This document shows positions 1 to 9,377 of a DNA stretch of 32,000 bases, piece after piece. Location of the stretch: positions 900,001-932,000 of the forward strand of contig CP002278.1 of assembly GCA_000166095.1 (NCBI GenBank), given 5' to 3'. Position numbers and translations under genes: made by a program. Source of the DNA: Methanothermus fervidus DSM 2088 (GTDB lineage Archaea; Methanobacteriota; Methanobacteria; DSM-2088; Methanothermaceae). How positions within the stretch are numbered: the first letter of the stretch is position 1; each line of letters starts with the position of its first letter. The notes under the pieces are model-generated. The model saw only the letters and a list, made by a program, of their open reading frames with translations, was not told the DNA's origin and made no database searches.

Positions 1-247
1 AGCAAAAATTAATTTAACATTTGTATAATCTGAGACATCTTTGATAGCTCTATGTAAATTCCTACTTACAACAGTGGATATCAATAAGATATTTGGTTTC
101 ATTGCTTTTGCCTCCATATATATATGTGATTTTTAGTTACTAAAATATTACTTAAAATATTTTTTTGTTTAGTCACTTTCTAGGCATTGCAAAGTTTTAA
201 GCATGTGTTTGTGAAAATTTAAAGTATAGATTAATGGAGGAGAAAAA

Positions 248-580
248 ATGGAAGAAAAATTACCATTTGCTAAAGCAGAAGTAGTAAGATTAATGAGAAA
301 ATATTTAGATGACGATAAAATGATAAGAGAACGTGTAAAAATAGAGATGAATAAGTTTTTAGGTGAAATTGTGAAAAATATTTGCAAAGAACTGAATAAA
401 TATCCTTACACAGTTGTAGAACATGACATGTTCAAAGAATGCGTATATCCCTACAGAAATTTAGATAGAATCAATGAAGAAAAAGAAAGAATGATAAAAC
501 ATTTAGAAGCTATAAAATCTGATTGTGATGCATTGATATCTGAAATAAAACGAAGTTTTGATTTGACAAGTAAGCTATAA
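248..580 (+). CDS. Histone-fold protein with C-terminal helical (coiled-coil-like) extension
   Basis: 110 aa ORF with ATG behind TGGAGGAG. N-terminus [16 protein letters not shown]..., long helix, then YTVVEHDMF aligns with archaeal histones (LPFAPVxRIIRxAG... RKTVKAEDI). Heptad-like charged tail [26 protein letters not shown]. Confidence 0.7.
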   Translation: MEEKLPFAKAEVVRLMRKYLDDDKMIRERVKIEMNKFLGEIVKNICKELNKYPYTVVEHDMFKECVYPYRNLDRINEEKERMIKHLEAIKSDCDALISEIKRSFDLTSKL

Positions 581-1141
581 TTCTATAAATCCTGTTTTAA
601 GGTTTTTTATTTCTTCTTCTGTTAATTTTCGTTTAGAAACTTCTGGGTGATCGATAAAACTCTGACCTAAAGGATCCTCTAAAATCATTTTAACCTTTCT
701 TTTACCATTTTTGACCTCTTTTAATTTTTTAGATATTTCTTTTATTTTTACTCTAGTTTTTTTGTCTTTAAATAATATCTTAGAACTTTCAATGACTTCT
801 TCAAATCTATTTAATACACCTTCAATGTTAGATATATATCCTTGAGATTTTGGTCCAGGTTCAACCTTTAATCCTAATTCAGGTATTCTTATAGTTGCTG
901 ATTGAGATTTCACAACCCTTGCATTAAGTGTTTCTAAATGTACATCAATTGAATATCTCATAGGTTCTTTTGATTCAAGACAAAGAATATCACTATCTCT
1001 GTATCCACAATTTTTACAAATAGATGCAAATTCCAAAACTTCTCCGAAATATGGTATTTTTTGTGTTGTAGTTATTACATTTAAGGATCTATTTTGGCAG
1101 AGAGGACAATTAGCTATCATTTTTTGTTGCAATTGCACCAC
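575..1141 (-). CDS. ZPR1-family zinc finger protein
   Basis: CPLCQN...[11 protein letters not shown] zinc ribbon plus ZPR1-like [16 protein letters not shown]...[17 protein letters not shown]. True start may be the internal TTG or ATG a few codons in, behind GAGGTGG. Confidence 0.85.
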   Translation of the reverse strand: MVQLQQKMIANCPLCQNRSLNVITTTQKIPYFGEVLEFASICKNCGYRDSDILCLESKEPMRYSIDVHLETLNARVVKSQSATIRIPELGLKVEPGPKSQGYISNIEGVLNRFEEVIESSKILFKDKKTRVKIKEISKKLKEVKNGKRKVKMILEDPLGQSFIDHPEVSKRKLTEEEIKNLKTGFIEL

Positions 1142-2087
1142 CTCTGTATAGTAACCCTTCCTTATCTAGTTCTTCCACAATTTTTTCCAATGTCTCTTCA
1201 TCTGGTGCACATATCTTATGAGTATGTATATTGTTTGACAATCTATAAATTCTTTCCAGGTCCTTCCTACGTTTTGGGTTTTCTTCCAATATTTTGATAA
1301 ATCTTTCTGCATCTTTTGGATCATAAATATCTACTTTACGTCTTAAAGGTTCTGAAAATCCTGGAATTGGGTATGATACATCGACAATACGGCCATCATA
1401 TTTCTCTATTACAATTTCAACAACTTTTTTTAAGTCCTCAACCGGATGTTGTAATACTATTCTTTTACAACATTGTTTTATAAAAGATAAAATACGTTTA
1501 ACTGTAGATTCTAATTCTTCGTTGTTAATAACAGGGACATTGTGTTCTTTTGCCTTTTCAACTAAATAATCATGTATAATGCGGTTTTCTCTAAAATATT
1601 CTAAGTGTTTGCCTCCCCTTTTTATCTCCATTGCTCTCTTTACAAATCTCTCCTTATGTGTTTTCTCATCTGCAGACAAAACAATGAAGTGAACAGAAGC
1701 ATCTTCCTTAAACTTTTCTATGTCTATCATTCCTGGTAATAAATGGACACCTTCAATAATTACATCGTCATGATCATCAATAGCTCTTCTAATAACCTTT
1801 TCTATAGCAGGTATTACAAAGGAAGCATGTTCCTCAAAACCTGCTCTTACCAATGATTCATGATCTTTAAATTTTTCTTTATATCTTAAAATTGTGTAGG
1901 CATCATATGATGATTTATGCAATGCTGGTGCATAATCGTCCCCTATAATACCTCTTACAATTTCTCTAATAAAATCAGTCTCTATTAAATGCTTAATTTC
2001 TAATTTTCTTGCAATTTCAGATGCAACTGTAGATTTACCAACTCCAGATGCGCTGCCAATTAATATAACATATGGTTTTTTCTTCAC
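1110..2087 (-). CDS. 2-phosphoglycerate kinase (cyclic 2,3-diphosphoglycerate pathway type)
   Basis: P-loop [30 protein letters not shown], all characteristic of archaeal 2-phosphoglycerate kinases. The track start is 2096; a GTG at 2087 behind AGGTG gives [11 protein letters not shown]. Confidence 0.8.
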   Translation of the reverse strand: MKKKPYVILIGSASGVGKSTVASEIARKLEIKHLIETDFIREIVRGIIGDDYAPALHKSSYDAYTILRYKEKFKDHESLVRAGFEEHASFVIPAIEKVIRRAIDDHDDVIIEGVHLLPGMIDIEKFKEDASVHFIVLSADEKTHKERFVKRAMEIKRGGKHLEYFRENRIIHDYLVEKAKEHNVPVINNEELESTVKRILSFIKQCCKRIVLQHPVEDLKKVVEIVIEKYDGRIVDVSYPIPGFSEPLRRKVDIYDPKDAERFIKILEENPKRRKDLERIYRLSNNIHTHKICAPDEETLEKIVEELDKEGLLYRGGAIATKNDS

Positions 2088-2100
2088 GACAAACACCTAA

Positions 2101-2448
2101 CTACGATAGGAAATCCTTTATCCTCTCAGCACTCCTTCTCATCTCCAACCTTATTAATCCCAAATTAACATCCTCATCTGTCAAAACGACCAATATTCCT
2201 TCACCAACATCCTTCATAAGCATTTTTCCTCTTGATCCTTCAATCATTACCTGTTCCAAAGGTTCCTGTTTTAATTCTTCAACAGATTCCTTTGCAGCCC
2301 CAAAAATAACTGATGACCTTGCAGCAACAATTTCAGCATCCATATCTGAACCCAATTCACTCTCAATTATCAATCCATCCTTACCAACAACCAACGACCC
2401 ATTAACACCATCTATTCTGGTTAAATCTCTTAACACTCTTGAAATCAT
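2101..2448 (-). CDS. Roadblock/LC7 domain protein
   Basis: 115 aa; [25 protein letters not shown]... pattern typical of archaeal Roadblock/LC7 proteins. Confidence 0.75.
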   Translation of the reverse strand: MISRVLRDLTRIDGVNGSLVVGKDGLIIESELGSDMDAEIVAARSSVIFGAAKESVEELKQEPLEQVMIEGSRGKMLMKDVGEGILVVLTDEDVNLGLIRLEMRRSAERIKDFLS

Positions 2449-2493
2449 ATAATAACCTCCTAATTAACAAATATACTTAAGAATATTTAATCT

Positions 2494-2739
2494 TTATGAG
2501 TTGAGTTCCCTAACTACATCATCAACATTGTTGAAAGTATAGATAAAAATTAAAAATTCTTCTAAATTTTTAAATTTTACTTCTCTTTGATATTCATGTT
2601 CTTGATATTTTATTTGCAATTTTACATTGTTTTCATCGCTAAAATTTATACATGCCAATATTTTATCCTTCTCGATTTCAAATAAAATTTTATCATTCTT
2701 TATTTTCACATTCCCCGTCTTTGTCTTGAACTTCAACAT
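2494..2739 (-). CDS. Hypothetical protein (81 aa)
   Basis: Intact ORF overlapping the end of the 137 aa ORF in the same orientation; no recognised motif. Confidence 0.5.
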   Translation of the reverse strand: MLKFKTKTGNVKIKNDKILFEIEKDKILACINFSDENNVKLQIKYQEHEYQREVKFKNLEEFLIFIYTFNNVDDVVRELNS

Positions 2740-3106
2740 CTTTTTTCACACCTTCAACAGATTTTTTTGATACTATCTCATCATGATAATTTATCCAATC
2801 TCTAATTCTGTCCACAAATCTCTTCCTTTTAAAAATATTAAATATGAAATTTGAGAGCGTTTCATAAAATACATAACCGAATATTCTCCTATTCTCAGAT
2901 TTTAGGTAAGGACCAGCCTCAACAAAAACTTTCCCATCTTTATAAAATCTTATTGTAGTTACCCATTTCCAGCCTCTCTCAGGATCTGAATCTTGCGTAG
3001 TTTTTACTTTAAAAACTAAATACAAAGAATCTTTCATGTGTCTTGCCAATATCATCCTACTTTCATCTATCAATATTTTTTTCTCTGCTTTGATTATTTC
3101 TTCCAT
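2693..3106 (-). CDS. Hypothetical protein (137 aa)
   Basis: Intact ORF with plausible soluble composition; no recognised family. Confidence 0.6.
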   Translation of the reverse strand: MEEIIKAEKKILIDESRMILARHMKDSLYLVFKVKTTQDSDPERGWKWVTTIRFYKDGKVFVEAGPYLKSENRRIFGYVFYETLSNFIFNIFKRKRFVDRIRDWINYHDEIVSKKSVEGVKKDVEVQDKDGECENKE

Positions 3107-3196
3107 GTTACCTTACCTTTTTTCTAATTAACCGAAAAATTTATAACACATAATTTTTCAAAGATACTTTGTAAAAAATCAAGGAGGGTATATTAG

Positions 3197-3879
3197 TTGC
3201 ATATAATGGAAGGATATTTACCACCAATCTGGTGTGCTGTATGGTATGCAATAGCTTTACCAGTAGTTGCATATGGTATCTACAGATTGATAAAAATTAC
3301 TGATGAGAATCCAGAGAGTAAACCTTTAATAGCTATGGCAGGAGCATTCATGTTTGTTCTTTCTTCATTAAAAATGCCTTCAGTTACAGGTAGTTGTTCA
3401 CATCCTACAGGAAATGCTCTAGGGCCGTATTGTTTGGACCAGCAATTGCAAGTGTTTTAGCATTTATAACTTTGATATTTCAAGCACTTTTGATGGCACA
3501 TGGTGGTCTTTCAACATTAGGAGCAAACACAGTGTCAATGGGAATTGTTGGTACAGTTGCAGCATGGATTGTTTGGAAAATCTGTGAAAAAGTAAACATA
3601 TCTCACTCAGTAGGTATATTTTTAGCAGCAGTAGCAGGAGATTGGTTAACATATGTGACAACATCAATACAATTGGCCTTAGCATTTCCAATACCAAATG
3701 TTGCTTCAGCAGCATTGAAATTTATGGCAATATATGCTTACACACAGGTGCCTCTAGCAATTGCTGAAGGTTTATTAACAATGGTTGTATTTAGAGAAAT
3801 AATTAAAAAGAGACCAGATATTTTAGAAAACTTGAAAGTTGTTGTAGCCCCAAAAACTACTGAAAGTGAAGGTGAATGA
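3197..3879 (+). pseudogene. cbiM: Cobalt/nickel ECF transporter S component CbiM, split by a frame change near 3424
   Basis: Frame 1 (3197-3460) encodes MHIMEGYLPPIWC...SVTGSCSHPTGNALG. The other frame (ORF 3394-3879) continues AVLFGPAIASVLAFITLIFQALLMAHGGLSTLGANTVSMGIVG. Joining at GGG (3422-3424) restores full-length CbiM. TTG start behind GGAGGG. Confidence 0.85.
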
Positions 3880-3880
3880 G

Positions 3881-4168
3881 ATGGATAGGATCACTATAGT
3901 ATCTTTAATATTGGTTGCAGTAATCTGTGCTATTCCCCTTATCATGTATGCTGGTAAAGGAGAGGAACAAGGATATTTCAAAGGTTCTGATGATGTAGGA
4001 ACCGAAGCAATAGAAAGTACTGGATATAAACCATGGTTACAACCTATTTGGCAGCCACCAAGTGGGGAAATTGAAAGTTTATTATTTGCAGTGCAAGCAG
4101 GGATCGGTGCATTTATCATTGGTTATGTCTTTGGAAGATACATGAAAAGTAAAAGCTCCAAAACCTAA
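3881..4168 (+). CDS. cbiN: Cobalt transport protein CbiN
   Basis: MDRITIVSLILVAVICAIPLIMYAGKGEEQGYFKGSDD...EIESLLFAVQAGIGAFIIGYVFG; two TM segments typical of CbiN. Track start 3866; ATG at 3881 fits the family better. Confidence 0.85.
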   Translation: MDRITIVSLILVAVICAIPLIMYAGKGEEQGYFKGSDDVGTEAIESTGYKPWLQPIWQPPSGEIESLLFAVQAGIGAFIIGYVFGRYMKSKSSKT

Positions 4169-4199
4169 TTTCTTTTTTTAATTTTTTTGAGGTGGTTAT

Positions 4200-4979
4200 T
4201 TGTTTGAAAATAATCTAGATTATATAGCACATACAAACAAACTTAGGAATGTAAATCCAGAATTAAAAATATTTTTTGCAATTTCAACAATGATTGTGAA
4301 CTTAATCTCAAATTCTATTTTAGTTCCTCTTATTATAGTGGTTATAGTAGGTTATTTGTTAATACGTAAGGCAGGCATATCAAAGAATTTTTATTGTAAA
4401 TTTATGTTTATACCTTTTGTTTTTGCGCTTATAACATTTATATTTATGGCATTTTTCTTTGGAGTGGGTAAACCTTTGTTGAACTTAGGAATTTTTGGAC
4501 TTTCAATTACTGAAGATGGATTAAATAGAGGTTTAACCGTGTTTACAAAAATTATTGGAGGATTTTCTTGTTTAGCATTTCTAGCCATTACTACTCCAAT
4601 TAATGAATTCTTTAAAAGCTTGAAAAAATTTAAAATTCCAGAAATATTTTTAGAAATTACAACCATGATGTATACAAGCATTTTTATTATCATTGAAGAA
4701 GGATTTAGAATGTATTATTCTCAAGAAACAAGGCTTGGTTACAGGGATTTAAAGACAGCATATAAATCTCTTGGAATGTTGGCAGCTAATTTATTTTTAA
4801 GAGCTTGGGAAAGAGGTGAAAAATTATACCTATCTATGGAGTCAAGATGTTACCAAGGTAAAATACCAAGCCTGAAAAAAAATTCATCACCTGACATCAA
4901 ATATTTTATCTTATTAATTTTCTTTGAGGTGTCTCTTTTCTGCACATCATGTGTGTCTCATAAAATTTTTGGTTTATAA
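4200..4979 (+). CDS. cbiQ: Cobalt ECF transporter T component CbiQ
   Basis: 259 aa multi-TM protein following CbiN, TTG start behind GAGGTGG; ends with an RAWERGEKLYLSMESRCY motif like the conserved CbiQ arginine motifs. Confidence 0.8.
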   Translation: MFENNLDYIAHTNKLRNVNPELKIFFAISTMIVNLISNSILVPLIIVVIVGYLLIRKAGISKNFYCKFMFIPFVFALITFIFMAFFFGVGKPLLNLGIFGLSITEDGLNRGLTVFTKIIGGFSCLAFLAITTPINEFFKSLKKFKIPEIFLEITTMMYTSIFIIIEEGFRMYYSQETRLGYRDLKTAYKSLGMLAANLFLRAWERGEKLYLSMESRCYQGKIPSLKKNSSPDIKYFILLIFFEVSLFCTSCVSHKIFGL

Positions 4980-5039
4980 TTTTTCCATGCTAATTTTTAT
5001 ATATATTAAAATTTAACAAATTAGTTTAAAATGTAAAAA

Positions 5040-6047
5040 ATGGAGGGTAATTTTGTGAAACCAAAAATTACAATAATTCTTGGTAGTTCATCTGATTATA
5101 AAATTTGTGAAAAGACTATCAACACTCTTGAGAAATTAAAAATTCCTTATGATGTTAAAGTTGCTTCAGCTCATAGAACTCCCCAAAAATTAAAATATCA
5201 AGTGTCAAAAGCTACTGAAGAAGGAACTGAGGTTTTCATTGGTATAGCTGGTTTATCTGCACAGCTTCCAGGAATAATAACATCATACACTCATAAGCCT
5301 GTTATAGCAGTTCCAGTAGATGTAAAGGTTGGAGGATTAGATGCGCTACTCACATCCTCACAAATGCCATTTCCAGAACCGGTTGCTACTGTAGGTATAA
5401 ATAATGGTGTAAATGCAGCCATTTTAGCTGCACAAATATTAGCAGTTCATGACAAAAAGGTAAAAGAAAGATTAATATCAATGAAAAAAGATTTTTATGA
5501 AAAAATTATAAAAAGCGAGGAAGAAATCACTGAAAAAATAAAAGGGAAGTATTATTCTCCGCAGAAAATTGAGACTCCTGAATTTGAAATAACTACTCCA
5601 GATTCAAATTCTGAGATTGATGTATGTGTAATGTCTGGAAGTTATTCAGATATGAACATTGTTAGGAGAGTCACATCAGTGTTAGATAGAGCTGATATAA
5701 ATTATGATTTAAGAATTGTCTTTCCATTTAGAAGGCCAGATAAATTCGAAGAATTAATAAAAAATATGAATACGAAGATTTTCATATCTGTAACTGGTGT
5801 AGCATCACATATAACCGGAATGTTGGCATCTTTAACATTGAGCCCAGTAATTGGCGTGCCATGTACATCTCAGCTACAAGGATTAGATTCTTTATTATCA
5901 ATGGTTAACATGCCTCCAGGAGTTCCAGTTGCAACTGTTGGAATAAATAGAGGTGATAATGCAGCAATGTTGGCATTAGAAATATTAGCTATGAACAATG
6001 AAGAATTAGAAGAAAAAATAAAAAATATAAAATGGAAGAGATCATAA
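5040..6047 (+). CDS. purE: 5-(carboxyamino)imidazole ribonucleotide mutase / AIR carboxylase, tandem two-domain PurE
   Basis: GSSSDYKICEKTINTLEKLKIPYDVKVASAHRTP then a second copy SGSYSDMNIVRRVTSVLDRADINYDLRIVFPFRRP; both copies end in VATVGIN. Confidence 0.9.
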   Translation: MEGNFVKPKITIILGSSSDYKICEKTINTLEKLKIPYDVKVASAHRTPQKLKYQVSKATEEGTEVFIGIAGLSAQLPGIITSYTHKPVIAVPVDVKVGGLDALLTSSQMPFPEPVATVGINNGVNAAILAAQILAVHDKKVKERLISMKKDFYEKIIKSEEEITEKIKGKYYSPQKIETPEFEITTPDSNSEIDVCVMSGSYSDMNIVRRVTSVLDRADINYDLRIVFPFRRPDKFEELIKNMNTKIFISVTGVASHITGMLASLTLSPVIGVPCTSQLQGLDSLLSMVNMPPGVPVATVGINRGDNAAMLALEILAMNNEELEEKIKNIKWKRS

Positions 6048-7303
6048 TGAGCGATTTAAAAACTTTTATTGAAATTCTTGATGAAAAATATGGTGTGAAG
6101 GAAATAAATAAAGAGGTTTCTACAAAATTTGAGATTGCCAAGATAATTAAAAAATATGAAAATAAAACGTTAATATTTAATAATATTGCTGAATCTGATA
6201 TCCCTATTGTTTCAGGAGTATGTAACACTAGAGAAAAAATTTGTACTGCCTTAAATTGTAAAAATTTATTGAAAAAAACATTGGATGGAATGGATAACCC
6301 AAAACCAATAAAAAAGATTGAAAAATTAGATAAAAAAGAATATACAACAAAAAAAGTTGATTTAAATCTCTTACCTATACTCAGACATTATAAAAAAGAT
6401 GGTGGAAGATACATAACTTCAGGGATAGTAATAGCTAAAGATCCTAATACTGGTATAAGAAATGCCTCAATACATAGAATGATGGTAATTGATAAAAATA
6501 AAGTCGCTATTCGTATTGTACCAAGAGATTTGTATACATATTACAAAGAATCTGAAAAACTTGGGAAAGATTTAGAAGTTGCAGTGGTTATAGGTGTCCA
6601 TCCAGCTGTTCTTTTTGCATCAAGTATTTCAGTTCCAATAAATCAGGATGAATTAGAAATTGCAAACTATTTCCATCAAGGAGAAATGAAACTCTTTAAA
6701 TGTGAAGATGTAGATATAGAAGTACCTAAATCTGAAATAATTCTTGAAGGTAAAATATTGGCAAACAAACGTGCAGAAGAAGGTCCATTTCTTGATATAA
6801 CCGGCACTTATGATCTTGTAAGAAGAGAACCTATACTAAAATTTGAAAAAATGCATATAAGAAAAGATGCTATATATCATGCAATTCTACCAGCAGGATA
6901 TGAACATATGTTACTTCAGGGAATCCCACAAGAAGCAAGAATATATAAAGCTGTTAAAAATACGTTGCCAACAGTGAAAGATGTCAAGCTAACAGAAGGA
7001 GGATGTTGCTGGTTACATGCAGTAATTTCAATAAAAAAAAGAACAGAAGGCGATGCTAAAAATGTCATTATGGCTGCATTATCAGCACACCCTTCTCTCA
7101 AACATGTGGTTGTTACAGATGAAGATATAGATATATCTAATTTAAGAGAAGTTGAATATGCAATAGCAACTAGAGTCAGAGGAGATAGGGATATTTTGAT
7201 AATACCTAATGTTCGTGGATCTTCATTAGATCCTATGGCAAAACCTGACGGTACAACAACAAAAGTAGGCATTGATGCTACAAAGCCCCTCAAAAATGGA
7301 TGA
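6047..7303 (+). CDS. UbiD-family decarboxylase (anhydromevalonate phosphate decarboxylase-like)
   Basis: YYKESEKLGKDLEVAVVIGVHPAVLFASS, EGPFLDITGTYDLVRREPILKFEKMH, HPSLKHVVVTDEDIDI, VRGSSLDPMAKPDG. Track start 6032; the ATG at 6047 overlaps the purE stop as ATAATG. Confidence 0.85.
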   Translation: MSDLKTFIEILDEKYGVKEINKEVSTKFEIAKIIKKYENKTLIFNNIAESDIPIVSGVCNTREKICTALNCKNLLKKTLDGMDNPKPIKKIEKLDKKEYTTKKVDLNLLPILRHYKKDGGRYITSGIVIAKDPNTGIRNASIHRMMVIDKNKVAIRIVPRDLYTYYKESEKLGKDLEVAVVIGVHPAVLFASSISVPINQDELEIANYFHQGEMKLFKCEDVDIEVPKSEIILEGKILANKRAEEGPFLDITGTYDLVRREPILKFEKMHIRKDAIYHAILPAGYEHMLLQGIPQEARIYKAVKNTLPTVKDVKLTEGGCCWLHAVISIKKRTEGDAKNVIMAALSAHPSLKHVVVTDEDIDISNLREVEYAIATRVRGDRDILIIPNVRGSSLDPMAKPDGTTTKVGIDATKPLKNG

Positions 7304-7316
7304 AGGAGGATTCTAA

Positions 7317-8177
7317 ATTAAAATAATACCTTTGGCTTCTGAGAGTTTAGGTGTTAGGAGTCTTTCATTATATATTGAAAATAAAAATGAAAAAATAATT
7401 ATAGATCCCGGGGCTGCTTTAGGACCACGAAGATACTCACTTCCCCCATCAAAAGTAGAATTGAAAGCATTAGATTATAGTAAGAAAAGAATATTGAATT
7501 TTTTAGAAAAATCAGATATCGTTATTATTACACATTATCATTATGATCATTACACTCCAGAAGCTGATTATAGTGGAAAGAGAGTGTTGTTAAAGCATCC
7601 AAAAAGAAATATAAATTTAAATCAGAAAAGAAGAGCATCTAAATTTATAAAAAATTTAGAATTTTATGAATATGCAGATGAAAAAGATATAAATATTGGA
7701 AATACAAGAATAAAGATTTCTCCACCAGTTCCTCATGGTAAAGAAGGAACTAGGCTGGGATTTGTAATAATGTGTTTAATAGAAAATAAAAAAAGGATCT
7801 TATATGCAAGTGATAGTCAAATGTTAAATGAATTGTGTGTTAAATGGACTATTAAACAAATGCCTGATATTGTAGTGACTAGCGGTCCTCCAACCTATTT
7901 AAGACATGTAAAATCAACATGGGAATTAGGTGTAAAAAATATTAACAAAATAATATATGAAACTGATGCAAATTTAATTTTAGATCATCATATTGTCAGA
8001 GATAAAAGATATAAAGAATTTTTTGAAGAAATAGATTGTGAAGTTTTAACATGTGCAAAATATTTAGGCATGGAAGATATACCATTGGAAGCATATAGGG
8101 GTGAATTACATAAAATGGAAAAAGGTAAGAGTGTCAGCATTCCTTTTTCGATTCCTAAGCATTTAGCTAGCTATTAA
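7317..8177 (+). CDS. UPF0282-like metallo-beta-lactamase-fold hydrolase
   Basis: LASESLGVRSLSLYIE...IIIDPGAALGPRRYSLPP...THYHYDHYTPE. Track start is TTG 7332; the N-terminus I/M-KIIPLASES starting at ATT 7317 behind GGAGG fits the family better. Confidence 0.8.
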   Translation: MKIIPLASESLGVRSLSLYIENKNEKIIIDPGAALGPRRYSLPPSKVELKALDYSKKRILNFLEKSDIVIITHYHYDHYTPEADYSGKRVLLKHPKRNINLNQKRRASKFIKNLEFYEYADEKDINIGNTRIKISPPVPHGKEGTRLGFVIMCLIENKKRILYASDSQMLNELCVKWTIKQMPDIVVTSGPPTYLRHVKSTWELGVKNINKIIYETDANLILDHHIVRDKRYKEFFEEIDCEVLTCAKYLGMEDIPLEAYRGELHKMEKGKSVSIPFSIPKHLASY

Positions 8178-9348
8178 TTTTTCTTTCAGGACTTCTCCAC
8201 TTAACAACGTGTAAAGGTGATATTAGACCTTTATATGAAGTTCTAACCACTGCAAATGCATTTATTGTAAAGAAAAATATGAAATACCATGGAGCATAAA
8301 TTAAATACTGAGGAATTTTCGGATCGTATTTTCTGTATAGTATTGATGCTACTGTAGCCTGTATTATCCCTAAAGCTGTAAGAAATGACCCTCCCCAGGC
8401 TATTAATGATATATTGATTCCTAAGTTCAAAATTTTAGATAAAACTACATAAATTATCAATAAAACAAAATCAAATGACCAAACATAGCTCAAAATTACA
8501 TCTATGTATAGAGGCCAAAGAAAACTTTCTTTAAAATTTTTAAATATTGTTCTATGAGTTCTTAATAAATGCCAGCCCCCTAGTGCCCATCTTTTTCTTT
8601 GATTCCAATAATCCTTAAAATTTTCAGGAGCATGAATAAATACAATCGCATCAGGTTCAAAAACAACCTCCATTTTCAATCTTTGGATTTTCCAAGTAAC
8701 ATCAATGTCTTCAGTAGCTGAGTAAGGTGAAAAACCACCTACATCAATTAAAACATCAGTTCTATATGCAGCGGCACAACCGGAAACTGAAAATATACGT
8801 CCAAAAATACGTTGAGACATCTTAATTAAGCCTATTATTGATGTAAATTCAATAGTTTGTAATTTACCTAAAAAACTTTTTCTATTAAATACAATAGGGT
8901 TTGCAGTAACTGCACCAATTTTTTCATTTGTGAAATGAGATATTAAGGCTTTTAAAGCACTGGGATGTAATATTGTATCAGCATCTATAACAACAACGTA
9001 AGGGGTAGATACAAATCTTAATGCTATATTTAAAGCATTTGCTTTCCCTTGATTTTCTTGTAGCCGTAACAAATAAAAATTTTCATTATTTTTAACAAAT
9101 TCTTCAATTTTTTCAGGAGTTTTGTCTGTTGAGGCGTCATCTACAAAAATCACCTCATACTTCGGATAATCTAGAAATTGTAAGGCAGTTGCAGTTAATT
9201 CTATAGAATTTTCTTCATTGAAACAAGGTATTAAAATTGTAACAGGAGGCCACTCTTCCATTTTTTTCTTTTTCTTAATTTTTTTGGGAAAAAAGTAGAG
9301 AACCAGTGATCCAAAAAATAGCCATGATAAATGGATAAATAAAAACAT
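8167..9348 (-). CDS. Family 2 glycosyltransferase, processive membrane type (IcaA/PgaC-like)
   Basis: VTILIPCFNEENSIELTATAL, VIDADTILHPSAL, GGFSPYSATEDIDVTW, QRKRWALGGWHLL, flanking TM helices. Confidence 0.85.
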   Translation of the reverse strand: MFLFIHLSWLFFGSLVLYFFPKKIKKKKKMEEWPPVTILIPCFNEENSIELTATALQFLDYPKYEVIFVDDASTDKTPEKIEEFVKNNENFYLLRLQENQGKANALNIALRFVSTPYVVVIDADTILHPSALKALISHFTNEKIGAVTANPIVFNRKSFLGKLQTIEFTSIIGLIKMSQRIFGRIFSVSGCAAAYRTDVLIDVGGFSPYSATEDIDVTWKIQRLKMEVVFEPDAIVFIHAPENFKDYWNQRKRWALGGWHLLRTHRTIFKNFKESFLWPLYIDVILSYVWSFDFVLLIIYVVLSKILNLGINISLIAWGGSFLTALGIIQATVASILYRKYDPKIPQYLIYAPWYFIFFFTINAFAVVRTSYKGLISPLHVVKWRSPERKINS

Positions 9349-9377
9349 ACCACATCATAAAAAATATAATATCCACC

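Noticed and set aside
169-387. 72 aa minus-strand ORF near the window start
   Set aside because: Overlaps the better-supported histone-fold ORF, with no ribosome-binding site or family resemblance recognised.
1094-1297. 67 aa plus-strand ORF antisense to the 2-phosphoglycerate kinase gene
   Set aside because: Shadow ORF opposite a strongly supported coding region. The same applies to 2072-2452, 3464-3715, 3823-4119, 4391-4693 and 6916-7293.
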